Positions 25,327-33,946 of a DNA stretch of 35,323 nt are shown here, piece by piece. This stretch comes from Candidatus Micrarchaeota archaeon (GTDB taxonomy: Archaea > B1Sed10-29 > JAJRYS01). The stretch lies in assembly GCA_964643685.1 (NCBI GenBank), contig CAZXTN010000004.1:40677-75999 (forward strand). The letters run 5' to 3'. The notes under the pieces are model-generated. The model worked only from the letters and a program-made list of their open reading frames with translations, had not been told where the DNA came from and made no database searches. Numbering within the stretch: position 1 is the first letter of the stretch; each line of letters opens with the position of its first letter. A program made the translations under genes and the position numbers.

Positions 25327-25681
25327 AAAAGCGCAAGTTTCATTTGAAATGATTCTTGTCCTTGCAGTTGTCACCCTTCTTGTTTCAGCAATTTTCATAG
25401 ACTTTTCAACACAAGCAAACGACACCTTCATACTTTCAAATTTAAAATCAATAGCAGAAAACAATCTGAATAAAATAAGCATTCAGAACAACTTAAACTG
25501 CTATTTAAAATCCATGTCTTTAAATGGGAAACAAGTGACTCTTGACATAGAAGGAGGTTCGCAGTGCCTTCTTTCAGCAGAGTCCCTGGCAAATGAAATG
25601 GAACTAAGATACTGCAAAGTGCCTGCAAACAATGACGAAATAATCAACTGCGGGGAAGAGTATTCATTAAAAATTATTTAA
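25289..25681 (+). CDS. Minor pilin (class III signal peptide)
   Basis: KA|QVSFEMILVLAVVTLLV. GGAG lies upstream of ATG 25289, which overlaps the previous gene by 38 nt. Confidence 0.8.
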   Translation: MKKGKSFKFQSSEKAQVSFEMILVLAVVTLLVSAIFIDFSTQANDTFILSNLKSIAENNLNKISIQNNLNCYLKSMSLNGKQVTLDIEGGSQCLLSAESLANEMELRYCKVPANNDEIINCGEEYSLKII

Positions 25682-25705
25682 ATTAAAATCAAAGAGGCTG
25701 TTAAA

Positions 25706-26104
25706 ATGAAAAAAGGAGTCACGACTTTGGATGCAATAACTGCTTTCCTCATATTGCTATTCATAGCTATTTTTATTCAAAAAACAGCAACTGTCTCGCT
25801 TTCAAATTCAGATGACTACGGTTTGCTTGTTCAATCAAAACTCTCCTCTTCTCACATGAGCTCCATCATCAATACTTTTTACTCAACAAATCCAGGGGAA
25901 AACGACAAAGTAAAACTAGCAAGTGATGAATTCTCAGCAATTTTTTTTGGAGACGAAACAGCATCATTAGAAATAACCAAGTTCCCTGAAAGCAATGAAA
26001 CAAGAACAATAACCTCTGCTGTTGGAAAAACATTTTCATCTTCATCGCCAGCTGTCAAAGGAATAACCTTGAACCAGCAGGACAAGGAGGTAAGAAAAAA
26101 TTGA
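25706..26104 (+). CDS. Minor pilin-like protein
   Basis: KKG|VTTLDAITAFLILLFIAIF. Confidence 0.75.
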   Translation: MKKGVTTLDAITAFLILLFIAIFIQKTATVSLSNSDDYGLLVQSKLSSSHMSSIINTFYSTNPGENDKVKLASDEFSAIFFGDETASLEITKFPESNETRTITSAVGKTFSSSSPAVKGITLNQQDKEVRKN

Positions 26105-26553
26105 AACAATTACTGAAAAATAAAATGGAAAAAAAAGCATGCGGAAAATCAAAAGGCCAAATTTTTACTTTAGATGCTTTCCTATCTTTCCTTCTTGTCA
26201 CAGTAGCTGTCGGCCTTATTGCAACGCAAACAAGCCAAATTTTAAACATGCCTTCAAATGAAATCCAGCAGTTATCAAGCGACTTCGCGCAAATAGCAGT
26301 TAAAAGAACCCTTGCAGTAAACGAGCCGAACAATCTGTCCTCTTCAAAAATGCCTGAGCTTGGAAATTTAATGAACAGCATTTTCCAAGGCACTGCTTAT
26401 GAATACGAAGCAGAATTATACAACAGCACAGACACTCTGGTAATTAAAAAAAATCAAGGATGCTCTTCATTCAAAAAGGTGGCTGTGACTCAAAAACCAG
26501 CAATTGTAGACAATCAAGAAGGCTATTTTAAAATGAAAATATGCAAGGAGTAA
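26101..26553 (+). CDS. Minor pilin-like protein
   Basis: KG|QIFTLDAFLSFLLVTVAVGLI. TTG start preceded by AAGGAGG; alternative ATG at 26125. Confidence 0.78.
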   Translation: MKQLLKNKMEKKACGKSKGQIFTLDAFLSFLLVTVAVGLIATQTSQILNMPSNEIQQLSSDFAQIAVKRTLAVNEPNNLSSSKMPELGNLMNSIFQGTAYEYEAELYNSTDTLVIKKNQGCSSFKKVAVTQKPAIVDNQEGYFKMKICKE

Positions 26554-26559
26554 TGAAAA

Positions 26560-26883
26560 ATGAGCAAAGGATTTTTCATGACAATGGATGCGGCAATAGG
26601 CCTGCTTGTAGTAATCTTAATAATCTCGACAGCAGTGACGTTGACAGAGTCGTCAGTGCAACATGACTTGAAAGAACTATCCAGGCAGGCAAGAGATGCA
26701 TATGATTACAATTACCTAGGAGGATTAAACAGCTTGCCTTACATTAATAACTGCCAGAACTCAGAAGTCAAAGCAGTTGTAAACTCTTTCAGATACAATT
26801 TCACAACCCATTCAATTCAAAAAGTCACTACAACAGCGTGCTTGAAAACAAGCTCACGAAAGCAAGGAGATGCTTATGAATAA
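26560..26883 (+). CDS. Minor pilin-like protein
   Basis: SKG|FFMTMDAAIGLLVVILII. Confidence 0.75.
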   Translation: MSKGFFMTMDAAIGLLVVILIISTAVTLTESSVQHDLKELSRQARDAYDYNYLGGLNSLPYINNCQNSEVKAVVNSFRYNFTTHSIQKVTTTACLKTSSRKQGDAYE

Positions 26884-27235
26884 AAAACAAAAAAATTCAA
26901 AAGGTTTTATCTTGACAGGAATCCTATTCGGACTTGCGTTAATCCTCCTCATTTACTCAAATTACCTTGCTTTTACATCAGTTAAATGGGATGACAGCAC
27001 AGTGCTTCAAATAGACGCAGTCAACAATAGAAAAACAGATGTCAGAAGGATAATAAAAGACGCAATATCAGACGGGCATTGCAGTGACTTAGAAGACATT
27101 CTTAACAACCCTCTTCTTGACTCAGATGGAGTTGAAGTTACAATAAATAACATTGACTTAACCAACTGCCCTTCTCCTTCAATCAATGTTTCAATTTCAT
27201 CTGAAAAAGTATATGAAGAATACACCTTCCCTTGA
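26876..27235 (+). CDS. Minor pilin-like protein lacking the acidic +5 residue
   Basis: SKG|FILTGILFGLALILLI. Start placed at ATG 26876, spaced from AAGGAG. Confidence 0.7.
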   Translation: MNKKQKNSKGFILTGILFGLALILLIYSNYLAFTSVKWDDSTVLQIDAVNNRKTDVRRIIKDAISDGHCSDLEDILNNPLLDSDGVEVTINNIDLTNCPSPSINVSISSEKVYEEYTFP

Positions 27236-27304
27236 ATTCAAACAAGTTAAAACCAACTGACTTCAGAAATTTTTTAAATAAGACAAGAATCATTTCCTTA
27301 AACA

Positions 27305-27625
27305 ATGGACTTTGAAGAAACTGTTCTGCTGTTCTTTACAATGACAGGCCTTGTGCTGATTACATTATTCCACCCTCTTAATTTTTACTCAAAAAAAACA
27401 ATAAAGCAAGTGAAACAAGACTGCAGCGGCTTGGTTGAAATAAAAGCAGATCTTGTGAAATTCTTTTTCTCAAAAAAAGGAACAAAAATAGGGGTCTTAA
27501 AACAAGAAAATGATTCAATACTCATTGTCCTTAAAACACTCCGCTTCCCGCAGAAAAACGTCACTTTCTTTGCCTCAGCAAGCCAAGACAACGGAACCTG
27601 CTGGCTGTTTGAACAAAAAACCTAA
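27305..27625 (+). CDS. Small membrane-anchored protein, possibly OB-fold
   Basis: N-terminal TM followed by a beta-rich domain (GLVEIKA...ILIVL...VTF). TTTAAATA lies about 25-30 nt upstream. Confidence 0.55.
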   Translation: MDFEETVLLFFTMTGLVLITLFHPLNFYSKKTIKQVKQDCSGLVEIKADLVKFFFSKKGTKIGVLKQENDSILIVLKTLRFPQKNVTFFASASQDNGTCWLFEQKT

Positions 27626-27645
27626 CAAGCAAAAGTGAAAAGCCA

Positions 27646-28752
27646 ATGATAACACAACTAATAACAGGAACTTTAATAGGCGCTTTAATAGGCTTAATTC
27701 CAGGAATGCACATAAACACTTTCCTCCCCTTCATTTCATTTTCAAAAGGAACAAACCAATCCCTTTTGATTATTTCTTCTTCAATTTCTTTCCTTTTCTT
27801 CTCAGTTTTCCCTTCAACTCTTTTCGGAGTGCCTTCTTCAAGCGAAATATACCTGCTTCCCACGCACAAGCTTGTAAAAAAAGGAAAAGCAATAGAAGCA
27901 ATTTCAACAAGTTTGGATTCAATGCTCCTTTCAGCTGTCTTCACCTTCCCTTTCATTGCATTGATTTACTTGATTTCAATTTCTGTAAAAACACTTTCTC
28001 AACTAACTCCTTTTATCCTAGTGATTGTCCTCTTGTCTTTTATCTTGAAAAGCAGAAAATCAGCTTTAATAACTTTTTTAAGCAGCGTGCTTGGAATGCT
28101 CACTTTTCACTACAACCTCCTCTTTCCTCTCCTGACAGGATTTTTCGCAGTCCCTAACTTGATACACTCCCTCAATTCCCCAAAGCCAGTTTTTCAAAAA
28201 ACAAGCACACCTCAATTTGAAAAAAAGATTATAAGAACTTCAATACTAGCTTCTTTCCTCTCCTCCTTCTTTTCATTAATACCAGCAGTTTCCTCTTCAA
28301 TTGTTTCAACAATAGGTGAAAAATTTGGAAAATTAGATGAACACGAATTCATTTCATTCATCTCAGCTTCTAACTTTTCCTACATGGCTTTCAGCTTTTA
28401 CTTTGTCTCATTAACTCAAATTGCAAGAAGCGGCTCAAGTGCAGTGATAAAACAAGTAAACGCAAACCCCTTGTTTTATGCAGGAGCTGTTCTCTTTTCA
28501 ACTGGAATCAGCTTCTTCTTAAGCAAAAAAATAGCAGCACAAGCTGTTAAAACATACCAAAAAGCAAACCAGCGCCTGCTTTCCTCAGCAGCCCTCACTC
28601 TCCTTATTTTTATTAATTTGCTGTCACAAGGCTTCAGCTTCCTTGTTTTCTTAACAAGCTCATCCATAGGACTTCTTGCAATTAAGCTGAAAGTCTCAAG
28701 AATGACCTGCATGTCTAGTTTAATAACACCAACAGTGTTCTTATTACTATGA
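27646..28752 (+). CDS. Tripartite tricarboxylate transporter TctA / DUF112-like membrane protein
   Basis: GLIPGMHIN, PSTLFGVP...LLPTH.LV.KG, ARSG and about 10 TM helices. Confidence 0.78.
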   Translation: MITQLITGTLIGALIGLIPGMHINTFLPFISFSKGTNQSLLIISSSISFLFFSVFPSTLFGVPSSSEIYLLPTHKLVKKGKAIEAISTSLDSMLLSAVFTFPFIALIYLISISVKTLSQLTPFILVIVLLSFILKSRKSALITFLSSVLGMLTFHYNLLFPLLTGFFAVPNLIHSLNSPKPVFQKTSTPQFEKKIIRTSILASFLSSFFSLIPAVSSSIVSTIGEKFGKLDEHEFISFISASNFSYMAFSFYFVSLTQIARSGSSAVIKQVNANPLFYAGAVLFSTGISFFLSKKIAAQAVKTYQKANQRLLSSAALTLLIFINLLSQGFSFLVFLTSSSIGLLAIKLKVSRMTCMSSLITPTVFLLL

Positions 28753-28787
28753 AAATCAATCGCGACTGCGTCGCTCAAGCTTTTCAT
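28749..28787. other. GC-rich intergenic stem-loop
   Basis: ATGAAAA(28749-55)...GCGAC-TGC-GTCGC(28762-74)...TTTTCAT(28781-87), nested inverted repeats. Confidence 0.35.
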
Positions 28788-28813
28788 TTTGCGTGTGTGG
28801 AGTGTGAAGTAAA

Positions 28814-29164
28814 ATGAAAATCAAAAAAGAATTGGTTGAAAAAATTTTAGTGCTCTCAAAAGAAGCTTACCCAAACGAAGTAGCAGGCATTCTCTTAAAT
28901 GACCCTGCTGATGATTTTGTAATAATGCCAGCTGAATTTTCAACTTACCAAGTGCATGTTAAAATGAACCTGATTCCAATCTACCCTAACTTGCTTGGGA
29001 CATTCCACTCCCACCCAACACCAAACAACTCCCCTTCAAAAGCAGATTTGAAATTCTTCACTTCACTTGGAAAAGAGCATTTAATCATAGGCTACCCCTA
29101 TGATTTAAATTCAATAGCTGCTTACAAGAGTAACGGAGAAAAAACAGAGATAGTGATACTATGA
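28814..29164 (+). CDS. JAMM/MPN+ metalloprotease (Mov34 family)
   Basis: YPNE and HSHPTPNNSPSKAD match E-x(n)-H-S-H-x7-S-x2-D. Confidence 0.92.
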   Translation: MKIKKELVEKILVLSKEAYPNEVAGILLNDPADDFVIMPAEFSTYQVHVKMNLIPIYPNLLGTFHSHPTPNNSPSKADLKFFTSLGKEHLIIGYPYDLNSIAAYKSNGEKTEIVIL

Positions 29165-30414
29165 CTAAAAAAATTCTAATGGTTGTCCTAGACGGGTTAA
29201 GTGGCTACCCCGGAGAATCAGCCTTAAAAAAAGCAAAAAAACCCTCTTTAAACTCACTTGTTAAAAAATCAAAATCAGGCATAATGGAAACAGTGCCAGG
29301 AGCAGCTCCTGAAAGCGATTCAGCAGTTTTATCCCTTCTTGGCTACGATCCCTTCAAATACTACACTGGAAGAGGGCCTCTTGAAGCAGCAGGAGTAGGA
29401 GTTGAAGTAAAAAAAGGAGAACTAAGCGTAAGATGCAATTTTGCCACTACAAGCGACGGCAAAAAAATAATAGACAGAAGAGTCGCACGCTCCCTTACCT
29501 CAGCTGAGTCAAAAATGCTTGAAAGAATAATCAACGCCAAAGTAAAGCTAACTGATGCTGAATTCATATTCAAAGCAACTTCACAGCACCGCGGAGTTCT
29601 TATAATCAAATCAAAGAAAAAATTATCACCTGAAATCACCAACACTGACCCTGCTTACAAGAAAGGAAAAAATGGAGTATCAGTCGCCCTACCTAAATTC
29701 AAAATGGAAGTGCAAAAAGCAGTTCCTTTAAAAAAAGACAAAGCAAGCGAATTCACAGCAAAACTAATCAACGAGTTCACTAAAAAAGCTTACGAGGCAT
29801 TAAATAACTCCACTGTAAACAAGCATAGGAAAGCAAACAAGAAACTGCCAGCTAATTTAATCTTATGCAGAGATTATGGAATTAAAAAACCAGAGTTGTT
29901 CAACATTTCAAAAAAATACAAAATGAAATGGGCTGTGCTTGCAGACATGCCTCTTGAAAAAGGAATAGGAAAACTTGCAGGCATGGACGTAATAGAATTA
30001 AGCGAGCCCACTTTTGGAAAAAAGGATTACAAGGAGAGACTAAGAAAGGTCATGAAAGCTCTTCAAGAGTATGATTCTCTATACATACACATTAAAGGGC
30101 CTGACTTGTTTGGGCATGACGGCGACTTTACTGGAAAAAAGAAGTCAATAGAAGACATTGACTCCAACTTTATCAAGCCGTTAATTGAAAAACTTGACTT
30201 CAAAGAAGTAGTGCTTGCAGTGACAGCAGACCACTCCACGCCGTGCCAGTTGAAAGCGCATTCAAAAGACCCAGTGCCCCTGCTGATTTACACTGAGGGA
30301 ATCAAGCCAGACAAAGTTGAAAAATTTGACGTTGAATCCTTGAAAAAAGGAAGCTTGAAACTCAAAGGCAAACAACTGGTTCCTAAACTAGTTAAAATAG
30401 CGCAAGGAAAATAA
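29161..30414 (+). CDS. apgM: 2,3-bisphosphoglycerate-independent phosphoglycerate mutase (archaeal type)
   Basis: LDGL, PESD..LSLLGYDP..YTGRGPLEAAG, HIKGPD..GHDG, TADHSTP and HSKDPVP. Confidence 0.9.
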   Translation: MTKKILMVVLDGLSGYPGESALKKAKKPSLNSLVKKSKSGIMETVPGAAPESDSAVLSLLGYDPFKYYTGRGPLEAAGVGVEVKKGELSVRCNFATTSDGKKIIDRRVARSLTSAESKMLERIINAKVKLTDAEFIFKATSQHRGVLIIKSKKKLSPEITNTDPAYKKGKNGVSVALPKFKMEVQKAVPLKKDKASEFTAKLINEFTKKAYEALNNSTVNKHRKANKKLPANLILCRDYGIKKPELFNISKKYKMKWAVLADMPLEKGIGKLAGMDVIELSEPTFGKKDYKERLRKVMKALQEYDSLYIHIKGPDLFGHDGDFTGKKKSIEDIDSNFIKPLIEKLDFKEVVLAVTADHSTPCQLKAHSKDPVPLLIYTEGIKPDKVEKFDVESLKKGSLKLKGKQLVPKLVKIAQGK

Positions 30415-30426
30415 AGAACTCTTCTT

Positions 30427-32214
30427 TTACATTGTGTAGTAATATTCTCCTTTTTGTTTTTGCTCTGAGTCTTTTTGCGAGTCAGGCTTGTTCATTCTAG
30501 GTCGTCCTGAATCAGGTTCTCTTCTGAAAGTAATTCCCATTTTTTTCAAAAACAAGTTCATGCCTTCATGCACGCTTGTAGGGGAGTAAGCTTTTCCTTC
30601 AACAGCAGGTGTTCCTTCAAAAACCATTATTCTGTTTGAAACCAAATCCTGGAATAAAATGTCATGGTCAATGACTAAACAAGTTGCATTTGTTTTTTCA
30701 GTTATTCTTTTAATCAACTGGCTTAGCAAGAACCTCTGTTCAATATCCAGGAAAGCGCTTGGCTCGTCTAATAAAATTGCATCAGCTTCTTTTGACAAAG
30801 CAACTGCGATTGCTACTCTCTGAGCTTCTCCTCCTGACAGCTTGTTCATCTTCTTATCCATCAAGTCGCTTACAACTCTTTTAAATTCAGAGTTGAACAA
30901 CCCGAAATTAATGTCCTGTGTCTTGATGAATTCATCAACAGTCAAGTCTATTTTTTCATAATCTAAGTATTGCGGCTTGTAGCTGATTTTCAAGTCAAGT
31001 TTGATTTCTCCTTCATTTGCTTCATCTTCGCCTGCAAGTATTTTCATGTAAGTTGTTTTTCCAATTCCATTAGCTCCTAAAATTCCAACCACTTCTCCGC
31101 TTCTTAAAGTTCCTGCTTCTGCTTCTAGCTTGAATTTTTCAAAACTCTTTGTAAAGGAAGGGTAGTTAACTTCTTTTTTTGAATCCCATTCACTTGAAGG
31201 TGGCTTAACTTCGAATTTGATTTCATAATCCCTTATTCTAATGTTTTCTTCTTTCAAATAGCCTCTTAGGAACTCGTTTATTCCTGAACGCGCGTTTTTC
31301 AAAGTTGAAATAACTCCGTATACCCCTGGTTTTCCATACAAAATGTGCACGTAGTCAGCTAAGTAATCCAAGACACCTAAGTCGTGTTCTACTACGAAGA
31401 CGCTTTTTTCTTCTCCTAGTTTTTTTATTACTCTTGCTATTTTCAGCCTTTGCTTTACGTCTAAGTAAGAAGAAGGTTCGTCGAAAAAATAAAAGTCAGC
31501 TTTTTTTGACAAGGCAATGTAAATTGCAACTCTTTGAAGCTCCCCTCCGCTTATCTTAGATACTTCCTGTTCTAAGATTTTTTCAATTTCAAGTTCTTCA
31601 ATTAATTCTTTTTTGTATTCTCCTGTTTCTTCAATTAATTCCTTAACTGTTCCATTAAAAACTAATGGTATTTTTGACACGTCCTGTGGCTTGTAAGACA
31701 ATTTTGCTTCTTTGTTGGCTATTTTTTTCAAGTAACTTTGCAGCTCAGTTCCCTTGTATTTTTCAATTGTCTTCTCCCAAGTTGCTTTTTCTTCAAAATT
31801 TCCTTGGTTTGGAATGAGACTTCCTGTTAGTATTTTTATTATTGTTGTTTTCCCAATTCCATTTGGCCCAACTAAGCCGACAACTCCTTTCATTGGCATT
31901 GGGAAGCCGTATAACCTGAAAGTGTTTTTGCCGTACTGGTGAGTTGGTTCATCCAATTCCCCTGGCAAGTTGACTATTTGGATTGCCTGGTAAGGGCATC
32001 GCTTGACGCATATTCCGCATCCAGTGCATAAATTCTCGTCAATTACAGCTATCTTGTCAAGTCCACCTACTACTTTTTTCCTGTCTCCTAAAATTATGCA
32101 TTCTGCTCCGCTTCTGTTAATAGGGCAGGAGTTGATGCATTCCTGCGAGCATTTTAAGTAATTGCATTTTTCAGGGTCAACTACTGCTATTCTTCTTTTG
32201 CTTTGCTTTTCCAT
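30427..32214 (-). CDS. rli: Ribosome recycling ATPase ABCE1/RLI
   Basis: N-terminal 2x[4Fe-4S] cysteines (CNYLKC...CP, CTGCGICVKRCP), two NBDs (GPNGIGKT, GANGIGKT, SGGE) and the TFRR...GRPR tail. Confidence 0.97.
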   Translation of the reverse strand: MEKQSKRRIAVVDPEKCNYLKCSQECINSCPINRSGAECIILGDRKKVVGGLDKIAVIDENLCTGCGICVKRCPYQAIQIVNLPGELDEPTHQYGKNTFRLYGFPMPMKGVVGLVGPNGIGKTTIIKILTGSLIPNQGNFEEKATWEKTIEKYKGTELQSYLKKIANKEAKLSYKPQDVSKIPLVFNGTVKELIEETGEYKKELIEELEIEKILEQEVSKISGGELQRVAIYIALSKKADFYFFDEPSSYLDVKQRLKIARVIKKLGEEKSVFVVEHDLGVLDYLADYVHILYGKPGVYGVISTLKNARSGINEFLRGYLKEENIRIRDYEIKFEVKPPSSEWDSKKEVNYPSFTKSFEKFKLEAEAGTLRSGEVVGILGANGIGKTTYMKILAGEDEANEGEIKLDLKISYKPQYLDYEKIDLTVDEFIKTQDINFGLFNSEFKRVVSDLMDKKMNKLSGGEAQRVAIAVALSKEADAILLDEPSAFLDIEQRFLLSQLIKRITEKTNATCLVIDHDILFQDLVSNRIMVFEGTPAVEGKAYSPTSVHEGMNLFLKKMGITFRREPDSGRPRMNKPDSQKDSEQKQKGEYYYTM

Positions 32215-32244
32215 TTTAACTTCAATCCTTTTTTGTTAATTGGT

Positions 32245-32427
32245 TTATAGAAACAGGCTCATTAAAACAAGCATGAACATGAATAAAGCAAAAAGCAGCA
32301 GCCCCCCGCTGAGCATTGCAGTCAAAGCAGGAATCCATTGCCAGTGAAAGTAAAAATGCATTGTTCCCACTAATAAGAATAATCCAATAAGCAAAGTCGT
32401 GTATGTAAAACAAGTTGGCTTGTTCAT
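32245..32427 (-). CDS. Small 2-TM membrane protein, 60 aa
   Basis: Two hydrophobic helices. Fits between the 32435 ORF and rli in the same orientation. Confidence 0.55.
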   Translation of the reverse strand: MNKPTCFTYTTLLIGLFLLVGTMHFYFHWQWIPALTAMLSGGLLLFALFMFMLVLMSLFL

Positions 32428-32434
32428 AATTCAA

Positions 32435-32794
32435 TCACTTGTATTTTTGCCGGATATATCTCCAGTGCTTTCTATCTAATTTTTTTCCATGCATCCCTAA
32501 AAATGTGTTTGCATCTCCTCTTGCAAGAATTAACAAATCTCTTAATGGAACTCCTCTTTCCATTAATTCAATTCCAATTATACAGTCTAATCCCATTCTC
32601 TCAATTTCTCTTCTAGCTTCCTCTTTTTCTCTATCTGATTTAAACACGCTTTTTCTTTTGCTTTCTCTTTGCTCTTGTATCTGTCTTCCTCTTTGCTCTT
32701 GTATCTGTCTTCCTCTTTGCCATGGTTTTAGTTTATAACCTTTTTTTTTTAGGGTTGAGTCTTTTATTCCCTCTCTCTCTCTTCTGGTTGGCAT
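32435..32794 (-). CDS. Basic hypothetical protein with an 8-aa tandem repeat
   Basis: Open 119-aa frame with QRGRQIQE twice. TTTAAATA on the minus strand about 30 nt upstream. Confidence 0.6.
   Translation of the reverse strand: MPTRREREGIKDSTLKKKGYKLKPWQRGRQIQEQRGRQIQEQRESKRKSVFKSDREKEEARREIERMGLDCIIGIELMERGVPLRDLLILARGDANTFLGMHGKKLDRKHWRYIRQKYK
32665..32720 (+). repeat. 24-nt tandem repeat, 2.3 copies
   Basis: CTCTTTGCTCTTGTATCTGTCTTC at 32665 and 32689, partial copy at 32713. Confidence 0.9.
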
Positions 32795-32827
32795 GGTATT
32801 ATATTACTTTTTTTCTTATTTAAAACC

Positions 32828-33853
32828 ATGCTGACTGTTTCAAGGTTTGAGAACAAAATCAAGCTGAAGCCGCAGATTGAAGAGGACTTGTGGCATTTGG
32901 AGAAGATAATCAAGCCAGGTGATTTTGTAAGCGCAAGCACTCACCGAAAATTTGTCTCTCCTTCTGGAAAGCAGGAGAGGAAAAGGGTGTTCATTAAGAT
33001 TAAAGTTGAAAAAGCAGAATTTCATAAGGGTTTTGGAAAATTGAGGATACTTGGTGTTATTGTTGAAGGAAAGCCAGAGGAGTATGTGCAAGTAGGAGAG
33101 CACCATTCCATTGACATTGGCTTGAATGATGAAGTAAAGATTGAAAAAGAAAAATGGCTGAAATACGACTTGGATAGGATTAAAGAAGCAGAAGCAAGCG
33201 CTGAAAAGCCAAAAATAACTGCTTTGGTAATGGATGAAAGGGAAGCTGAGTTATTTGCAGTCAAGGAGTATGGCATTTCTTCACTTGGAAAGATTAATTT
33301 AAGAGGAGCTGGGAAGTATTCAAGTGACAAAAACGCAAAAGAAAAAGAGTATGACGAGATAATAAAACTTTTGGAAAAAGCAGAGACAGATAAAATTGTT
33401 TTAGCTGGAAGCGGTTTTGAAAAAAATAATTTTTACGATTATTTGAAAGACAAGGATGCAAAATTAGCAAAGAAGATTCTAGTTGCTGACATTTCAAACA
33501 CTGGAAAGAAGGGTGTTTATGAACTTGTTGAAAAAGACGTGTTTTCAAAAATAGTCAGGCAAAGCAGGTTTGCTGAGGAGACAAAGCTGATGGAAGAGTT
33601 AGTCAAAGCAATAGTTAATGAAAAAGCAACTTATGGATTGAAAGAAGTTGAAGAAGCAGTTGATTACGGCGCAGTTGACAAGCTGCTGATTCTTGACTCC
33701 TTGTTGTTTGAAAATAAGGAAGAAATTGAAAATTTGATTTCAAAAGCTGAGAAAACAGGGGCTGAAGTTAAGGTTATTTCACATGAAAATGAAGCAAGTG
33801 AAAAGCTGAAAGCATTTACAGGAGTAGCTGCTTTGCTGAGGTTCAGTGTTTGA
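32828..33853 (+). CDS. pelA: Pelota/Dom34 ribosome rescue factor
   Basis: EDLWHL..II.PGD.V, LRILG.I..G, GEHHSI, YG..EV..A...GAVDKLLI and GVAALLRF. Confidence 0.95.
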   Translation: MLTVSRFENKIKLKPQIEEDLWHLEKIIKPGDFVSASTHRKFVSPSGKQERKRVFIKIKVEKAEFHKGFGKLRILGVIVEGKPEEYVQVGEHHSIDIGLNDEVKIEKEKWLKYDLDRIKEAEASAEKPKITALVMDEREAELFAVKEYGISSLGKINLRGAGKYSSDKNAKEKEYDEIIKLLEKAETDKIVLAGSGFEKNNFYDYLKDKDAKLAKKILVADISNTGKKGVYELVEKDVFSKIVRQSRFAEETKLMEELVKAIVNEKATYGLKEVEEAVDYGAVDKLLILDSLLFENKEEIENLISKAEKTGAEVKVISHENEASEKLKAFTGVAALLRFSV

Positions 33854-33946
33854 TTTTATTTTTTTAATGAGGTTATGTTTAGGTTCATGTCTCCTTTATG
33901 ATTCAACGGCTTCTTTTTTATTCTTTTTCTTCTTTATTTTTTTTAA

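Noticed and set aside
19318-27235. Archaellum operon
   Set aside because: No FlaH/ArlH, ArlF/G or archaellin-like sequences were seen. Two T2SSF genes and Q+1/E+5 pilins indicate a pilus.
32222-32434. Alternative 70-aa ORF overlapping 32245-32427
   Set aside because: Same strand but a different frame. The 60-aa frame gives a cleaner two-TM protein with an ATG start.
32665-32720. CRISPR-like repeat
   Set aside because: The copies are directly adjacent with no spacers and lie in frame within an ORF.
153-33548. Many short ORFs in the track that are antisense to or nested in long genes (e.g. 1700-2014, 7836-8339, 19959-20459, 23020-23475, 24589-24852)
   Set aside because: They are shadows of well-supported genes. 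The shared peptide in 1700-2014 and 19959-20459 only reflects the 37-nt ATPase identity.
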